A stretch of DNA of 64,000 nt from NCBI GenBank assembly GCA_964533055.1, contig CAZHKZ010000002.1, positions 8,129-72,128 on the forward strand. The letters are read 5' to 3'. The notes beneath the pieces are model-generated. The model made no database searches, was not told the DNA's origin, and was given only the letters and a program-made list of their open reading frames with translations. This DNA comes from an uncultured Gammaproteobacteria bacterium (lineage in GTDB: Bacteria > Patescibacteriota > Microgenomatia > Levybacterales > UBA12049). The position numbers were made by a program, and so were the translations under genes. This document shows positions 47,070-56,126 of this stretch, piece by piece; within the stretch, counting starts at the first letter, position 1; every line of letters starts with the position of its first letter.

Positions 47070-47281
47070 AGCTTCAAGATATATTATTTCTCTTTATTGC
47101 TCTTCTCTTGCTACTTAGGGGAAGTTCGAAATTAGCAGGTTTATTTTCAATTGTCTGTATTGCGATATCAGGTATATTGTTTTATTTCTCTATATTCTTT
47201 ACAGCGCAAAGACTCACGATGTATGCCTGTGTTTTTGCCCTAATGTCTGTCATACTATTTATTATTAAGTTAAAAAAATAA
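47066..47281 (+). CDS. Mini membrane protein (2 TM), possibly a GtrA-like partner of the GtrB-like gene
   Basis: 71 aa and strongly hydrophobic (ILFLFIALLLLL..., ACVFALMSVILFII). ATGA-coupled to the upstream GtrB-like gene. Confidence 0.35.
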   Translation: MKLQDILFLFIALLLLLRGSSKLAGLFSIVCIAISGILFYFSIFFTAQRLTMYACVFALMSVILFIIKLKK

Positions 47282-47282
47282 T

Positions 47283-47810
47283 ATGACAATTGGTATAGAT
47301 GTTTCACAGTTAGCATATCGGAATACTGGTGTTGCTAATTATCTCAAAAGCCTCCTGAACGCGCTGGTAAATGAGGACAATGATGTAAGGTACATCTTTT
47401 TTTTCTCAAGTCTACGTGGACAACTCGACGTATCAGATCTACCAAAAGGCCCGAACATTACTCTTAAGAAGTTTCCTTTCCCACCTGCGCTTCTTGCCCT
47501 TATTTGGAATAGGCTCCATATCCTGCCAATAGATTTGTTTATTGGTAAAGTCGATCTATTCTTGACATCAGACTGGACAGAGCCACCACTGAGAAACGGA
47601 AAAAAAGCGACAATACTTTATGACCTCATTGTCTATAAGAATCCAAATGAATCAGCAGATCTTATTGTTCAAAATCAGAAAAGAAAGCTACAATGGGTTA
47701 AGAAAGAGTCAGATCTAGTTTTTTGCATATCAGAGGCTACTAAGAATGACGCTCAAGAAGTACTGGGGATACATCCGGATAAAATGCATGTAATTTATCC
47801 AGGAATATAA
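47283..47810 (+). CDS. GT4 N-terminal domain only (truncated glycosyltransferase; possible pseudogene or stand-alone acceptor-domain protein)
   Basis: 175 aa starting MTIGIDVSQLAYRNTGVANY and ending ...KMHVIYPGI*. It aligns with residues 1-178 of the next gene (MIIGIDVNEAN...KVHVVYPGIKETM) and stops exactly at the boundary between the N- and C-terminal GT-B domains. Confidence 0.5.
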   Translation: MTIGIDVSQLAYRNTGVANYLKSLLNALVNEDNDVRYIFFFSSLRGQLDVSDLPKGPNITLKKFPFPPALLALIWNRLHILPIDLFIGKVDLFLTSDWTEPPLRNGKKATILYDLIVYKNPNESADLIVQNQKRKLQWVKKESDLVFCISEATKNDAQEVLGIHPDKMHVIYPGI

Positions 47811-47814
47811 AAGT

Positions 47815-48933
47815 ATGATAATTGGAATTGATGTAAATGAAGCAAATGTCGATCGAAAGGTTGGGATAAGTGAATATGTGTTCCAGCTTATGCGCCAGTT
47901 TAGCCATCTTGCATCAAAAGATATTGATTGGCAAGTCTATTTGAAGAATAACCCCTCAAAGGACTTCCCTGAGATGTCTGAGAAATGGGAATACAAAGTA
48001 TTTGGTCCTAAAAAATTCTGGACCCAATTTGCCCTTCCCCTAAAACTAGCTTTGACGAATAAAAAGCCAGATGTTTTTTTCTCACCAGGTCATTACTCTC
48101 CTCGATTCTCGCGAATTCCCAGAGTGATTTCTATCATGGATCTTGCTTTCCATCATTTTCCAGAGTATTTCACGACAAAGGATCTTGCCCAGCTTAAGTC
48201 GTGGACGAAATATTCCATACTTAAGGCAGATGCGATCATTACAATTAGCCAAGCAACTAAAGATGATATACTCAAGTTGTACGGTGTCAAAAGTGAAAAG
48301 GTTCACGTCGTTTATCCTGGAATTAAAGAAACTATGTCACTTGAGCCGCATATCTATCCTATGAAAGAATTAGAAAATAAATTTGGGATAACAAAGAAGT
48401 ATTTACTCTTTGTTGGTACTCTCCAGCCTCGTAAAAATATTAGACGCCTCATTGAAGCATTCTCAAAAGTTCATATAATCGATTCTGATTTGCAACTCGT
48501 TATTGTTGGAAGAAAAGGGTGGAAGTATGAAGAGATCCTTTCTGCTCCTGAGGAGTTTGGCGTGAAGGACTCTGTTGCGTTTCTAGATTTCGTCAAAGAT
48601 GAAGATCTCCAGATGCTTTATAAAGGAGCTCAGTGCTTTGTATGGCCTAGTCTATATGAGGGTTTTGGACTGCCAGTGCTTGAAGCAATGCAGTATGGAT
48701 GTCCAGTTATCACGAGCAATATTTCAAGTCTTCCAGAAGCGGGTGGAGATGCTGCTATCTATGTTGATCCTGAGAATGTCGATGATATTTCAGAGAAAAT
48801 TAAGAAAGTCTTGGAGGATAAAGAGCTGCGAGAAAGTATGATTAAAAAAGGGTATCAGCAAGTGAAAAAATTTAGTTGGGAAAAGGCTGCCAAAGAGACA
48901 CTTGAGATTATTAAGGAAGTTGTAAAAAAATGA
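47815..48933 (+). CDS. Family 4 (GT-B) glycosyltransferase
   Basis: Full length (372 aa). Reads KKYLLFVGTLQPRKN ... EGFGLPVLEAMQYGCPVITSNISSLPEAGGDAAIYVDP. Confidence 0.8.
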   Translation: MIIGIDVNEANVDRKVGISEYVFQLMRQFSHLASKDIDWQVYLKNNPSKDFPEMSEKWEYKVFGPKKFWTQFALPLKLALTNKKPDVFFSPGHYSPRFSRIPRVISIMDLAFHHFPEYFTTKDLAQLKSWTKYSILKADAIITISQATKDDILKLYGVKSEKVHVVYPGIKETMSLEPHIYPMKELENKFGITKKYLLFVGTLQPRKNIRRLIEAFSKVHIIDSDLQLVIVGRKGWKYEEILSAPEEFGVKDSVAFLDFVKDEDLQMLYKGAQCFVWPSLYEGFGLPVLEAMQYGCPVITSNISSLPEAGGDAAIYVDPENVDDISEKIKKVLEDKELRESMIKKGYQQVKKFSWEKAAKETLEIIKEVVKK

Positions 48934-49535
48934 AAGATAAATCAGGAGCACAATTATCACCTAGTAAAGTGGTAGCTAAAGGAGCATTTAGAATCTCGAC
49001 AATTGTTCTTGAGTTAGTGAATTATGTTCTCCATACAGTCTGCAATTTCCCATCGCATCACCTGCGTAGAGCTTTTTTGCGAATGGCTGGAATGAAAATT
49101 GGCAGAGGGTCGTCAATCCATATTGGGCCGAGGTTTTATGATGTCTCAAAGATAATTATTGGAAAGGACAGTATTGTTGGTGAATATGCAGTGCTCGATG
49201 GACGAGCCCCGTTGAAAATTGGTGATCATGTAGATATCGCATCAGAAGTTATGATCTATAACTCACAGCATGACATGGGTGCACAGAATTTTGCCGGAGT
49301 TGAAGATGTAGTGCTTGCACCAGTCGTGATTGAGGATTATGTGTTTATTGGGCCAAGGGCAATTATTCTTCCTGGCGTCACAATTGGGAAAGGAGCCATC
49401 GTGGGTGCTGGGGCAGTAGTTACAAAGGATGTTGATCCATTTGCGATTGTGGGTGGGGTGCCTGCAAAGGTTATTGGGGAGCGATCATTGAAGGATCCTG
49501 CCTACAAGCTTGGGAGAGCAGCATGGTTTCGATAG
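48930..49535 (+). CDS. Hexapeptide-repeat (left-handed beta-helix) sugar O-acetyltransferase (WcaF/WbbJ/MAT-like)
   Basis: Imperfect [LIV]GxxxxI repeats: IGRGSSIHIGP, IIGKDSIVGEYAVL, IGDHVDIA, VIEDYVFIGPRAIILPGVTIGKGAIVGAGAVV. The N-terminal amphipathic segment resembles that of WcaF. Confidence 0.75.
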   Translation: MKDKSGAQLSPSKVVAKGAFRISTIVLELVNYVLHTVCNFPSHHLRRAFLRMAGMKIGRGSSIHIGPRFYDVSKIIIGKDSIVGEYAVLDGRAPLKIGDHVDIASEVMIYNSQHDMGAQNFAGVEDVVLAPVVIEDYVFIGPRAIILPGVTIGKGAIVGAGAVVTKDVDPFAIVGGVPAKVIGERSLKDPAYKLGRAAWFR

Positions 49536-50371
49536 TCATACTCTCATACAATACCTCAGAGCTCTTGAAGAAATGTCTTGAGTCGATCTACCTTCATCTT
49601 CAGGGTAAATTCGAGGTCATAGTCGTTGATAACGCATCCAAAGATGAAAGTGTCAAAATGGTCAAAGATACTTTCAAGAAAGTTCGCCTTATTGAGAATC
49701 CTCATAATTCGGGATTTGCCGGCGGGTGCAACTTGGGAGCTGCGAGTGCAAAGGGTGAGCATATCCTATTCCTTAACTCTGATGCTGAGGTAAAGGATAA
49801 TCCACTTCCAATTCTTCTTCAGACATTTAATGATCACGATAATGTTGCAGTAGTGGGTGGAATTTTGGAGAACTATAATGGCTCTCTTCAGCGATCGTTT
49901 GGCGATTTTTATACAATTCCCAATATTATCACCTTACTTTTTGTTGGTGAAAATGGAGAGCTCAAAAAATACACAGATGAAAAAGAAATGGAGACTGACT
50001 GGGTGAGTGGGGGATTTATGATGACTGATTCGGCGCATTTTAGGTCTGTTAAGGGCTTTAATGAGTCATACTTTATGTACATCGAAGATATGGATCTTTG
50101 TTATAGATTGCGAAAGAAGGGGCTGAAGGTATTTGTGAATCCAGATGCGCGTATTAAGCATCTAGGACAGGGTAGCTCGAACAAAGCATTTGCAATTATT
50201 CACATCTATATGGGGCTGCAGATTTTTTATCAACAGCAAAGAGGTATACTGGAATACTACACCGTCAAGCTGTTATTATTAGTGAAGGCAGTACTAGCAC
50301 TGATAGTAGGTCTCCTAACCTTGAGGAAAAATCTTATCTCGACATATTACAAAGCACTAAAAACTTTATGA
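49523..50371 (+). CDS. Family 2 glycosyltransferase
   Basis: Reads VSIVILSYNTSELLKKCLESI...VIVVDNASKDES...LFLNSDAEV...GGFMMTDSAHFRSVKGFNESYFMYIEDMDLCYRLRKKG. Confidence 0.8.
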   Translation: MVSIVILSYNTSELLKKCLESIYLHLQGKFEVIVVDNASKDESVKMVKDTFKKVRLIENPHNSGFAGGCNLGAASAKGEHILFLNSDAEVKDNPLPILLQTFNDHDNVAVVGGILENYNGSLQRSFGDFYTIPNIITLLFVGENGELKKYTDEKEMETDWVSGGFMMTDSAHFRSVKGFNESYFMYIEDMDLCYRLRKKGLKVFVNPDARIKHLGQGSSNKAFAIIHIYMGLQIFYQQQRGILEYYTVKLLLLVKAVLALIVGLLTLRKNLISTYYKALKTL

Positions 50372-53300
50372 AAATATTAAAATTTGCAAAGAATAATGTT
50401 TTTCTGTTACTCACTCTTTTTCTTTTGGCATTTATACCTCTCTACCCAAAGCTTCCATTAGTTGATATCACTAATACATGGGTGTATATTCGTATTGAGG
50501 ATGTGCTAGTTGCGCTTACTTGGATCACCTTTTTTATTCTATTTTGGCGTAAAAAGGCTACTCTCAAGACTCCGTTAACGTATCCAATTCTTATATTCTG
50601 GGCAGTTGGAGCGCTTGCAACAATTCATGGTGTTATCTTTCTCTTCCCGAAGATCTCAGGACTTTTCCCACACTTGGCTCTCCTTAATTTCCTGCGAAGA
50701 GTTGAGTACCTTTCGGTCTTTTTTCTTGCTTTTAATGCAATGAGAAATAAAAAGTTTGTGACACCACTTATCTTCACCCTGGCTATTACGATGATTGGGG
50801 TCTTTATTTATGGTGTTGGGCAGAAATTCTTGGCCTTTCCAGCATTCTTGACCATGAACGAAGAGTTCGCAAAGGGAATTCCGCTGCGACTATCTCAAGC
50901 AGCACGTATTCCATCTACCTTTGGTGGTCATTATGATCTTGCTGCTTACCTTACACTCCTTATTCCAATTATGGGTGCTATGGTTTTTGGCTTTAAGAGT
51001 TGGTATGCAAAGATATTTTTTCTATTAACTTCAGTGAGCGGTCTTATCTTGCTCCTCATGACTGCTTCTCGCGTCTCCTATGGCGTATATCTTGTCTCAA
51101 TTGTCTTCCTCCTTGTGCTTCAAAAGGGAAAAAAATTCATTATCCCAGTTGTAATATTAAGTCTTTTATTAATGAGATCATTTGATGGCATTTCTCAGAG
51201 ATTTGCAAGTACATTTCAGCAGGTTGACCTCGCAGTTGATTCAAGAACTGGCAAAGCAATAGGTGTTATCTCACAAGGCGGTCAAGATACGGGTAAGATC
51301 GTGATTGAAGATAAAGAATCAACTGGTGAAAGTCTTCCACAGGGCTCAAAATACATCAATTTCCCAAGCACATCAGGTAAACAGTTTGAATCAGAGATCC
51401 TCTTTAAAAAATTAGGGAGCAATGGTCAGGAAGGAATGATTATTAGTAAGACAGGGACTATCATCGTGAAGAAGGCATTTGCTTATGACGTTTCATTTAC
51501 GACTCGCTTCCAGGGTGAATGGCCACGAGCAATTGAAGCACTTCAGCGCAATCTACTACTGGGAAGTGGTTATTCATCCATCAATCTAGCAACTGACAAT
51601 AATTATCTGCGCATGCTCGGTGAGACAGGGATACTTGGATTTGGTGCTTTTATCATGATCTTTGTTATCGCGACTATTTATGCATGGCGAGTTCTCCCAT
51701 CCATAACTGATCGAAAGACAAGAAGTCTTGTTTATGGGGTGATGGCTGGCGTATTGGCGCTCTCTCTGAATGCTGTTCTAATTGATGTATTTGAGGCATC
51801 GAAAGTTGCTTTTGTTCTCTGGCTGATAATGGGTTCGACTCTGGGACTTGTCCATCTGTATCAAGAAAAAGCTGTAAATTATGGTAAAGAGCTGCTTCGC
51901 ATCATTACATCAATTCCAGTTCTGGTCGCAGGAATTGCAATCTCAGGATCAATTATATTTTGGTCAATGATCTCGAATTATTTTGTTGGAGACGACTTTA
52001 CTTGGCTTCGTTGGGCAGCAGATTGCTCATCTCTTGTTTCACAAGGTGGGCCAAAAGTTTGTGGTTCATTAATTGAGACTATTTTGAGCTTTTTTACTCA
52101 TTCTCAGGGATTTTTCTATCGACCTGGAACGAAGACATTTTTCTATCTGATGTACCCATTGTTTGAATTATTCCCAACACCATATCATGTTGTCTCCCTA
52201 ATGCTTCATCTTATAAGCACATCTTTACTTTTTTTCATCTTTAAAAAGATTTTAGGCAGTAAATTATGGGCATTTGCTGGAGCACTTCTATTTATGGTCC
52301 TAAGTGTTCACGCAGAGTCAATTTACTGGGTCTCAGTTACGGGGCATATGATAACAGCCGTACTTATCTTACTTGCACTGCTTGCATATATGTATTGGAT
52401 GGAGACGAAGAATCATCTCCTCTTTATACTGGCATGGATAAGCGTGCTTGTCTCTACCTTCTTTCATGAATATGGAGCGATGGGCTCATTAATTCTTATC
52501 GCCTACGATATATTTAATTCACAAAAAATTACTTTTAAGAATGTTTTAAAGAGGTGGCATTACCTTGTGCTTCTGGCTCCGATTGTCATCTACGCAGTCC
52601 TTCGGACTAATGCATCTAGCTTCGTAACAGGGGGAGATTATTCGTATAGCTTGACAAATCTTCCATTTAATTTTGCCGGTAATTTAGCAGGTTATTTCTT
52701 TGCGACGATTATTGGACCGGTCTTCAATCCTATTTATACAGCTGTGAGAATGTACGCAAATTCACATATTCCAGTAGCAGTATTAGCGATGGTAGCTATC
52801 CTAATCGGGGCTATATCACTCTTTTTAAGGGCAAAGAATGTGAGGGAGCATCTTTTTGATAAGCAGATCTTATTTGCACTTACATTCTTTGTTGTAGGAC
52901 TAATTCCATTCTTAGGTTTGGGCAATCTTTCTGATAGATATGTTTATCTTGCCTCGGTAGGCCTAGTACTTGCTGTGATTATTATTCTTAAAAAGACGCT
53001 TAATATGAAAAGTAGAAATGTAGTTGTTGGTGCAGTCGTATTAGGTATTATCTACGGCTTTACCCAGATCTTTCAGCTTTTTTCAATTAATTCTGATTGG
53101 AGACAGGCAGGGAGAACATCAAATAACGCGCTCGTCGCATTATCATATGCGTATGCTAATACCGGCGCTCTTTCCTCAAAGCCAATATTCTATTTTGTAA
53201 ATGTCCCGATTAAGTATGGCGATGCTTGGGTGTTCCCCGTTGGGCTTCAGGATGCGCTGTGGTTTTCTTTTCAAAATACGCCATTGGTGATTGTGCAAAC

Positions 53301-53481
53301 TCAAGATGAAGCATCAGCTATGGAGCATGCCAAAAATGATACAGAGAATGTTCATGTGTTTAAATTTGAGAGTAATGGTGATTTGCTAGAGTTGAAAATC
53401 CCTGTAATTCCGGCTCCAATTAAATCGGGGCTAACTCCTACTCCAAAAACATCGGTAAAGTCAAAAACATCTGTTAAGTAG
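50368..53481 (+). CDS. Fusion membrane protein: O-antigen ligase/polymerase-like (Wzy_C) N-terminal domain plus a second polytopic GT-C-like domain, with a K/T/S-rich tail
   Basis: 1037 aa. The Wzy_C-type motifs are LLLMTASRVSYGVYL, a roughly 140-aa loop, then DNNYLRMLGETGILGFGAF. The WaaL consensus at that position is HNxYLxxLxExGIxG, but here the His position reads N. The second half is another roughly 10-TM domain containing NYFVGDDFTWLRWAAD. The C-terminus reads PTPKTSVKSKTSVK. Confidence 0.5.
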   Translation: MKILKFAKNNVFLLLTLFLLAFIPLYPKLPLVDITNTWVYIRIEDVLVALTWITFFILFWRKKATLKTPLTYPILIFWAVGALATIHGVIFLFPKISGLFPHLALLNFLRRVEYLSVFFLAFNAMRNKKFVTPLIFTLAITMIGVFIYGVGQKFLAFPAFLTMNEEFAKGIPLRLSQAARIPSTFGGHYDLAAYLTLLIPIMGAMVFGFKSWYAKIFFLLTSVSGLILLLMTASRVSYGVYLVSIVFLLVLQKGKKFIIPVVILSLLLMRSFDGISQRFASTFQQVDLAVDSRTGKAIGVISQGGQDTGKIVIEDKESTGESLPQGSKYINFPSTSGKQFESEILFKKLGSNGQEGMIISKTGTIIVKKAFAYDVSFTTRFQGEWPRAIEALQRNLLLGSGYSSINLATDNNYLRMLGETGILGFGAFIMIFVIATIYAWRVLPSITDRKTRSLVYGVMAGVLALSLNAVLIDVFEASKVAFVLWLIMGSTLGLVHLYQEKAVNYGKELLRIITSIPVLVAGIAISGSIIFWSMISNYFVGDDFTWLRWAADCSSLVSQGGPKVCGSLIETILSFFTHSQGFFYRPGTKTFFYLMYPLFELFPTPYHVVSLMLHLISTSLLFFIFKKILGSKLWAFAGALLFMVLSVHAESIYWVSVTGHMITAVLILLALLAYMYWMETKNHLLFILAWISVLVSTFFHEYGAMGSLILIAYDIFNSQKITFKNVLKRWHYLVLLAPIVIYAVLRTNASSFVTGGDYSYSLTNLPFNFAGNLAGYFFATIIGPVFNPIYTAVRMYANSHIPVAVLAMVAILIGAISLFLRAKNVREHLFDKQILFALTFFVVGLIPFLGLGNLSDRYVYLASVGLVLAVIIILKKTLNMKSRNVVVGAVVLGIIYGFTQIFQLFSINSDWRQAGRTSNNALVALSYAYANTGALSSKPIFYFVNVPIKYGDAWVFPVGLQDALWFSFQNTPLVIVQTQDEASAMEHAKNDTENVHVFKFESNGDLLELKIPVIPAPIKSGLTPTPKTSVKSKTSVK

Positions 53482-53487
53482 CATCCT

Positions 53488-54945
53488 ATGTTTGGTAAAG
53501 ATAAATACACATTTCTCCTCCTTGTAATATTGATTGGCTGTATCTGCATTAGACTTTTTAGATTTAATGGTCCAATTGCTGACTGGCATAGTTGGAGACA
53601 GGCTGATACCTCATCTGTCTCTCGAACTTTCATCAATGAAGGATATGATCTTCTCCATCCAAAGTTTCATGACATATCTAATGTTGCTTCAAAACTTGAT
53701 AACCCAAATGGATATAGATTTGTTGAGTTTCCAATTTACAATGTTCTTCAAGCAGGTCTGACTCAATTTATTGGTATTCTTACTCTTGAGGAATGGGGGA
53801 GGATGATTAGCATCATTTCATCCGTATTGAGCACCTATATTCTTTATAAATTAGTTAGTAAATATACCAATAAAACTGCGGGGCTTTTTACTGCTTATTT
53901 CTATGCATTTATTCCCTTTAATGTTTATTATGGACGTACCATTTTGCCGGATCCATCAATGGTTTCGACCTCACTACTTGCGATCTACCTTTTTGATCTT
54001 TATTTGAAAAATAAGAGAGGTAAGTATCTTTTACTTGCTGGAGTGAGCGCATCGCTCTCGCTTCTTCTTAAGCCGTATGCGATTTTTTTTCTGGTTCCTC
54101 TGCCAGTCATGGCAATTTACACTTATAAGCTCGCGATCTTTAAGCAATGGAAGATCATTCTTGTCGGTATTTTTACAGTTATACCATTAATTCTCTGGAG
54201 GCAGTGGATGGTGCAATTCCCCGAGGGTATTCCAACAAATCAGTGGCTATTGAATGGAAATGGAATACGATTTAGACCCTCATTTCTCCGTTGGATGCTC
54301 TATGAAAGACTAACCAAGCTTATCTTAGGCTATTTCCTAGCCCCTATTCTCTTGCTGGGCGCATATAAGGTTTTTAAAGAGAAAGCATTTATGCTTTATT
54401 CATCAATTGTGCTTGGTGCTGCTCTCTATGTCGTAACGTTTGCGACTGGGAATGTGCAGCATGACTATTATCAAATACTTATTATGCCAAGCGTTGCATT
54501 ACTCCTAGGTCTTGGCGCATATCTTCTCAGTCAGAAAATTAGTGCTTGGTTGCCTTTACATTTGCGTAAGCATAATCCATATTTCGGAGTCCTTTTTATT
54601 CTCCTGATAAGTCTGATGAGTATGGGGCATTCCTGGATGAGCGTTAAGGAGTATTTTAATATCAATAATCGAGCGATCATAACTGCTGGGGAGGCAGTGG
54701 ATCGATTAACACCAAAAGATGCTCGTATTATAGCGCTCTACAATGGTGACACTTCATTTCTTTATCAAACAAAGAGAAAGGGTTGGGCGTCTCAGCAGAG
54801 TTCACTCCCGGAGATGATTAAGCTCGGCGCTTCATACTTGGTGATTACGAATCCAAATGGGTCTGATTATAATTTTTCTAAAGAATATCAAGCAGTAGTT
54901 TCAAATAAGACATTTCTTTTAGTAGATCTAAAAAAGCCATTATGA
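53488..54945 (+). CDS. GT-C family membrane glycosyltransferase (PMT_2/ArnT-like; WRQ-motif subgroup), paralog 5
   Basis: 485 aa and polytopic. The first loop reads PIADWHSWRQADTSSVSRTFINEGYDLLHPKF. The architecture matches the other PMT_2-like genes. Confidence 0.6.
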   Translation: MFGKDKYTFLLLVILIGCICIRLFRFNGPIADWHSWRQADTSSVSRTFINEGYDLLHPKFHDISNVASKLDNPNGYRFVEFPIYNVLQAGLTQFIGILTLEEWGRMISIISSVLSTYILYKLVSKYTNKTAGLFTAYFYAFIPFNVYYGRTILPDPSMVSTSLLAIYLFDLYLKNKRGKYLLLAGVSASLSLLLKPYAIFFLVPLPVMAIYTYKLAIFKQWKIILVGIFTVIPLILWRQWMVQFPEGIPTNQWLLNGNGIRFRPSFLRWMLYERLTKLILGYFLAPILLLGAYKVFKEKAFMLYSSIVLGAALYVVTFATGNVQHDYYQILIMPSVALLLGLGAYLLSQKISAWLPLHLRKHNPYFGVLFILLISLMSMGHSWMSVKEYFNINNRAIITAGEAVDRLTPKDARIIALYNGDTSFLYQTKRKGWASQQSSLPEMIKLGASYLVITNPNGSDYNFSKEYQAVVSNKTFLLVDLKKPL

Positions 54946-56126
54946 AAATTCTAATAGTTTCATCATATCTTCCGTACCCTCTGCTAAATGGTGGCAATAT
55001 TCGTCTTTACAATATTATTAAATCTTTAGGTGACAAACACGAAATAACTCTTGTGTGTGAAAAAAGAGAGGCACAAACTCAAGATGACATAAGAGAGGTC
55101 GAAAAGATCTGTAAAAAAGTTATAACAGTAAAGCGCAATAAGCAGTGGAGTATAACTAATGTTCTTAAGTCTGGATTTTCGTCAATTCCTTTTCTTGTAC
55201 AAGGGCATACCTCTAAGGAGTTCCAGGATGCCATTTCTGCAGAGCTTGATGCCGGTGGATTTGATTTGATTCATGTCGAGACATTTTATGTCATGCAAAA
55301 TGTTCCAGATTTCGCGCTCCCAATTGTGCTTGTTGAGCATAATATCGAGTACTTAGTCTATGAGAGATTTATGCAAAAAGTACCATTTATTCTTAAGCCA
55401 TTTTTAGCAATTGATATTAACAAAATTAAAAAAATTGAGATGGCTTTCTGGAATCAGGCGAAAATAATTGCAACTGTTTCGGATCAAGAAAGAAAAATCA
55501 TTGATAAGAATAATTGTTATGTTGTGGCAAACGGTGTTGATACAAAGCAGTTTGCTAAAAAAACAATTGATAAAGATTTTGCAAAAAAACAAAAGAAAGT
55601 CTTATTTATTGGTGACTATGCATGGTTGCAAAATAGCGACGCGGCACGTTATATCATTGAGGAAGTGTGGCCATTCCTCAGTTCTCAGGGAGATTTATCA
55701 CTTTGGATAGTGGGGCGCAATATGCCTCAAAGCCTTAAGGATCTTGGTAGGGGTGATAAGAGAATTTTTTTTGATGACAAGAATACTTCATCTGCTTCTG
55801 ATATTTTTACAGAGGCAGATCTTCTTCTTGCTCCAATTCGAGTTGGAGGGGGTACAAGCTATAAGATTATTGAATCAATGGCAGTTGGAACGCCTGTGGT
55901 TACGACTAGCTTGGGCCATGAAGGGATTGATGTTCAGAAGGATAGAGATATTCTAGTTGCAGATGATCCAGAGTCGTTGTCGCGAACAGTTAGTGATATT
56001 CTCTCAGATGAGGAGAGCTATCGAAAGCTCTCCAGTAATTCACGAAAAGCCGTTGAGAGTATTTATGATTGGTCCGTTATTGCAAAGAAAATGGATGAGG
56101 TCTACCAGAAGGCGGTGGGGAAGTAG
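54942..56126 (+). CDS. Family 4 (GT-B) glycosyltransferase
   Basis: Reads RVGGGTSYKIIESMAVGTPVVTTSLGHEGIDV (EX7E region). ATGA overlap. Confidence 0.8.
   Translation: MKILIVSSYLPYPLLNGGNIRLYNIIKSLGDKHEITLVCEKREAQTQDDIREVEKICKKVITVKRNKQWSITNVLKSGFSSIPFLVQGHTSKEFQDAISAELDAGGFDLIHVETFYVMQNVPDFALPIVLVEHNIEYLVYERFMQKVPFILKPFLAIDINKIKKIEMAFWNQAKIIATVSDQERKIIDKNNCYVVANGVDTKQFAKKTIDKDFAKKQKKVLFIGDYAWLQNSDAARYIIEEVWPFLSSQGDLSLWIVGRNMPQSLKDLGRGDKRIFFDDKNTSSASDIFTEADLLLAPIRVGGGTSYKIIESMAVGTPVVTTSLGHEGIDVQKDRDILVADDPESLSRTVSDILSDEESYRKLSSNSRKAVESIYDWSVIAKKMDEVYQKAVGK

Noticed and set aside
53443-53478. Short tandem nucleotide repeat encoding the KTSVKSKTSVK tail
   Set aside because: It has only two imperfect copies of about 15 nt. 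It is noted under the 50368-53481 finding rather than called as a separate repeat feature.
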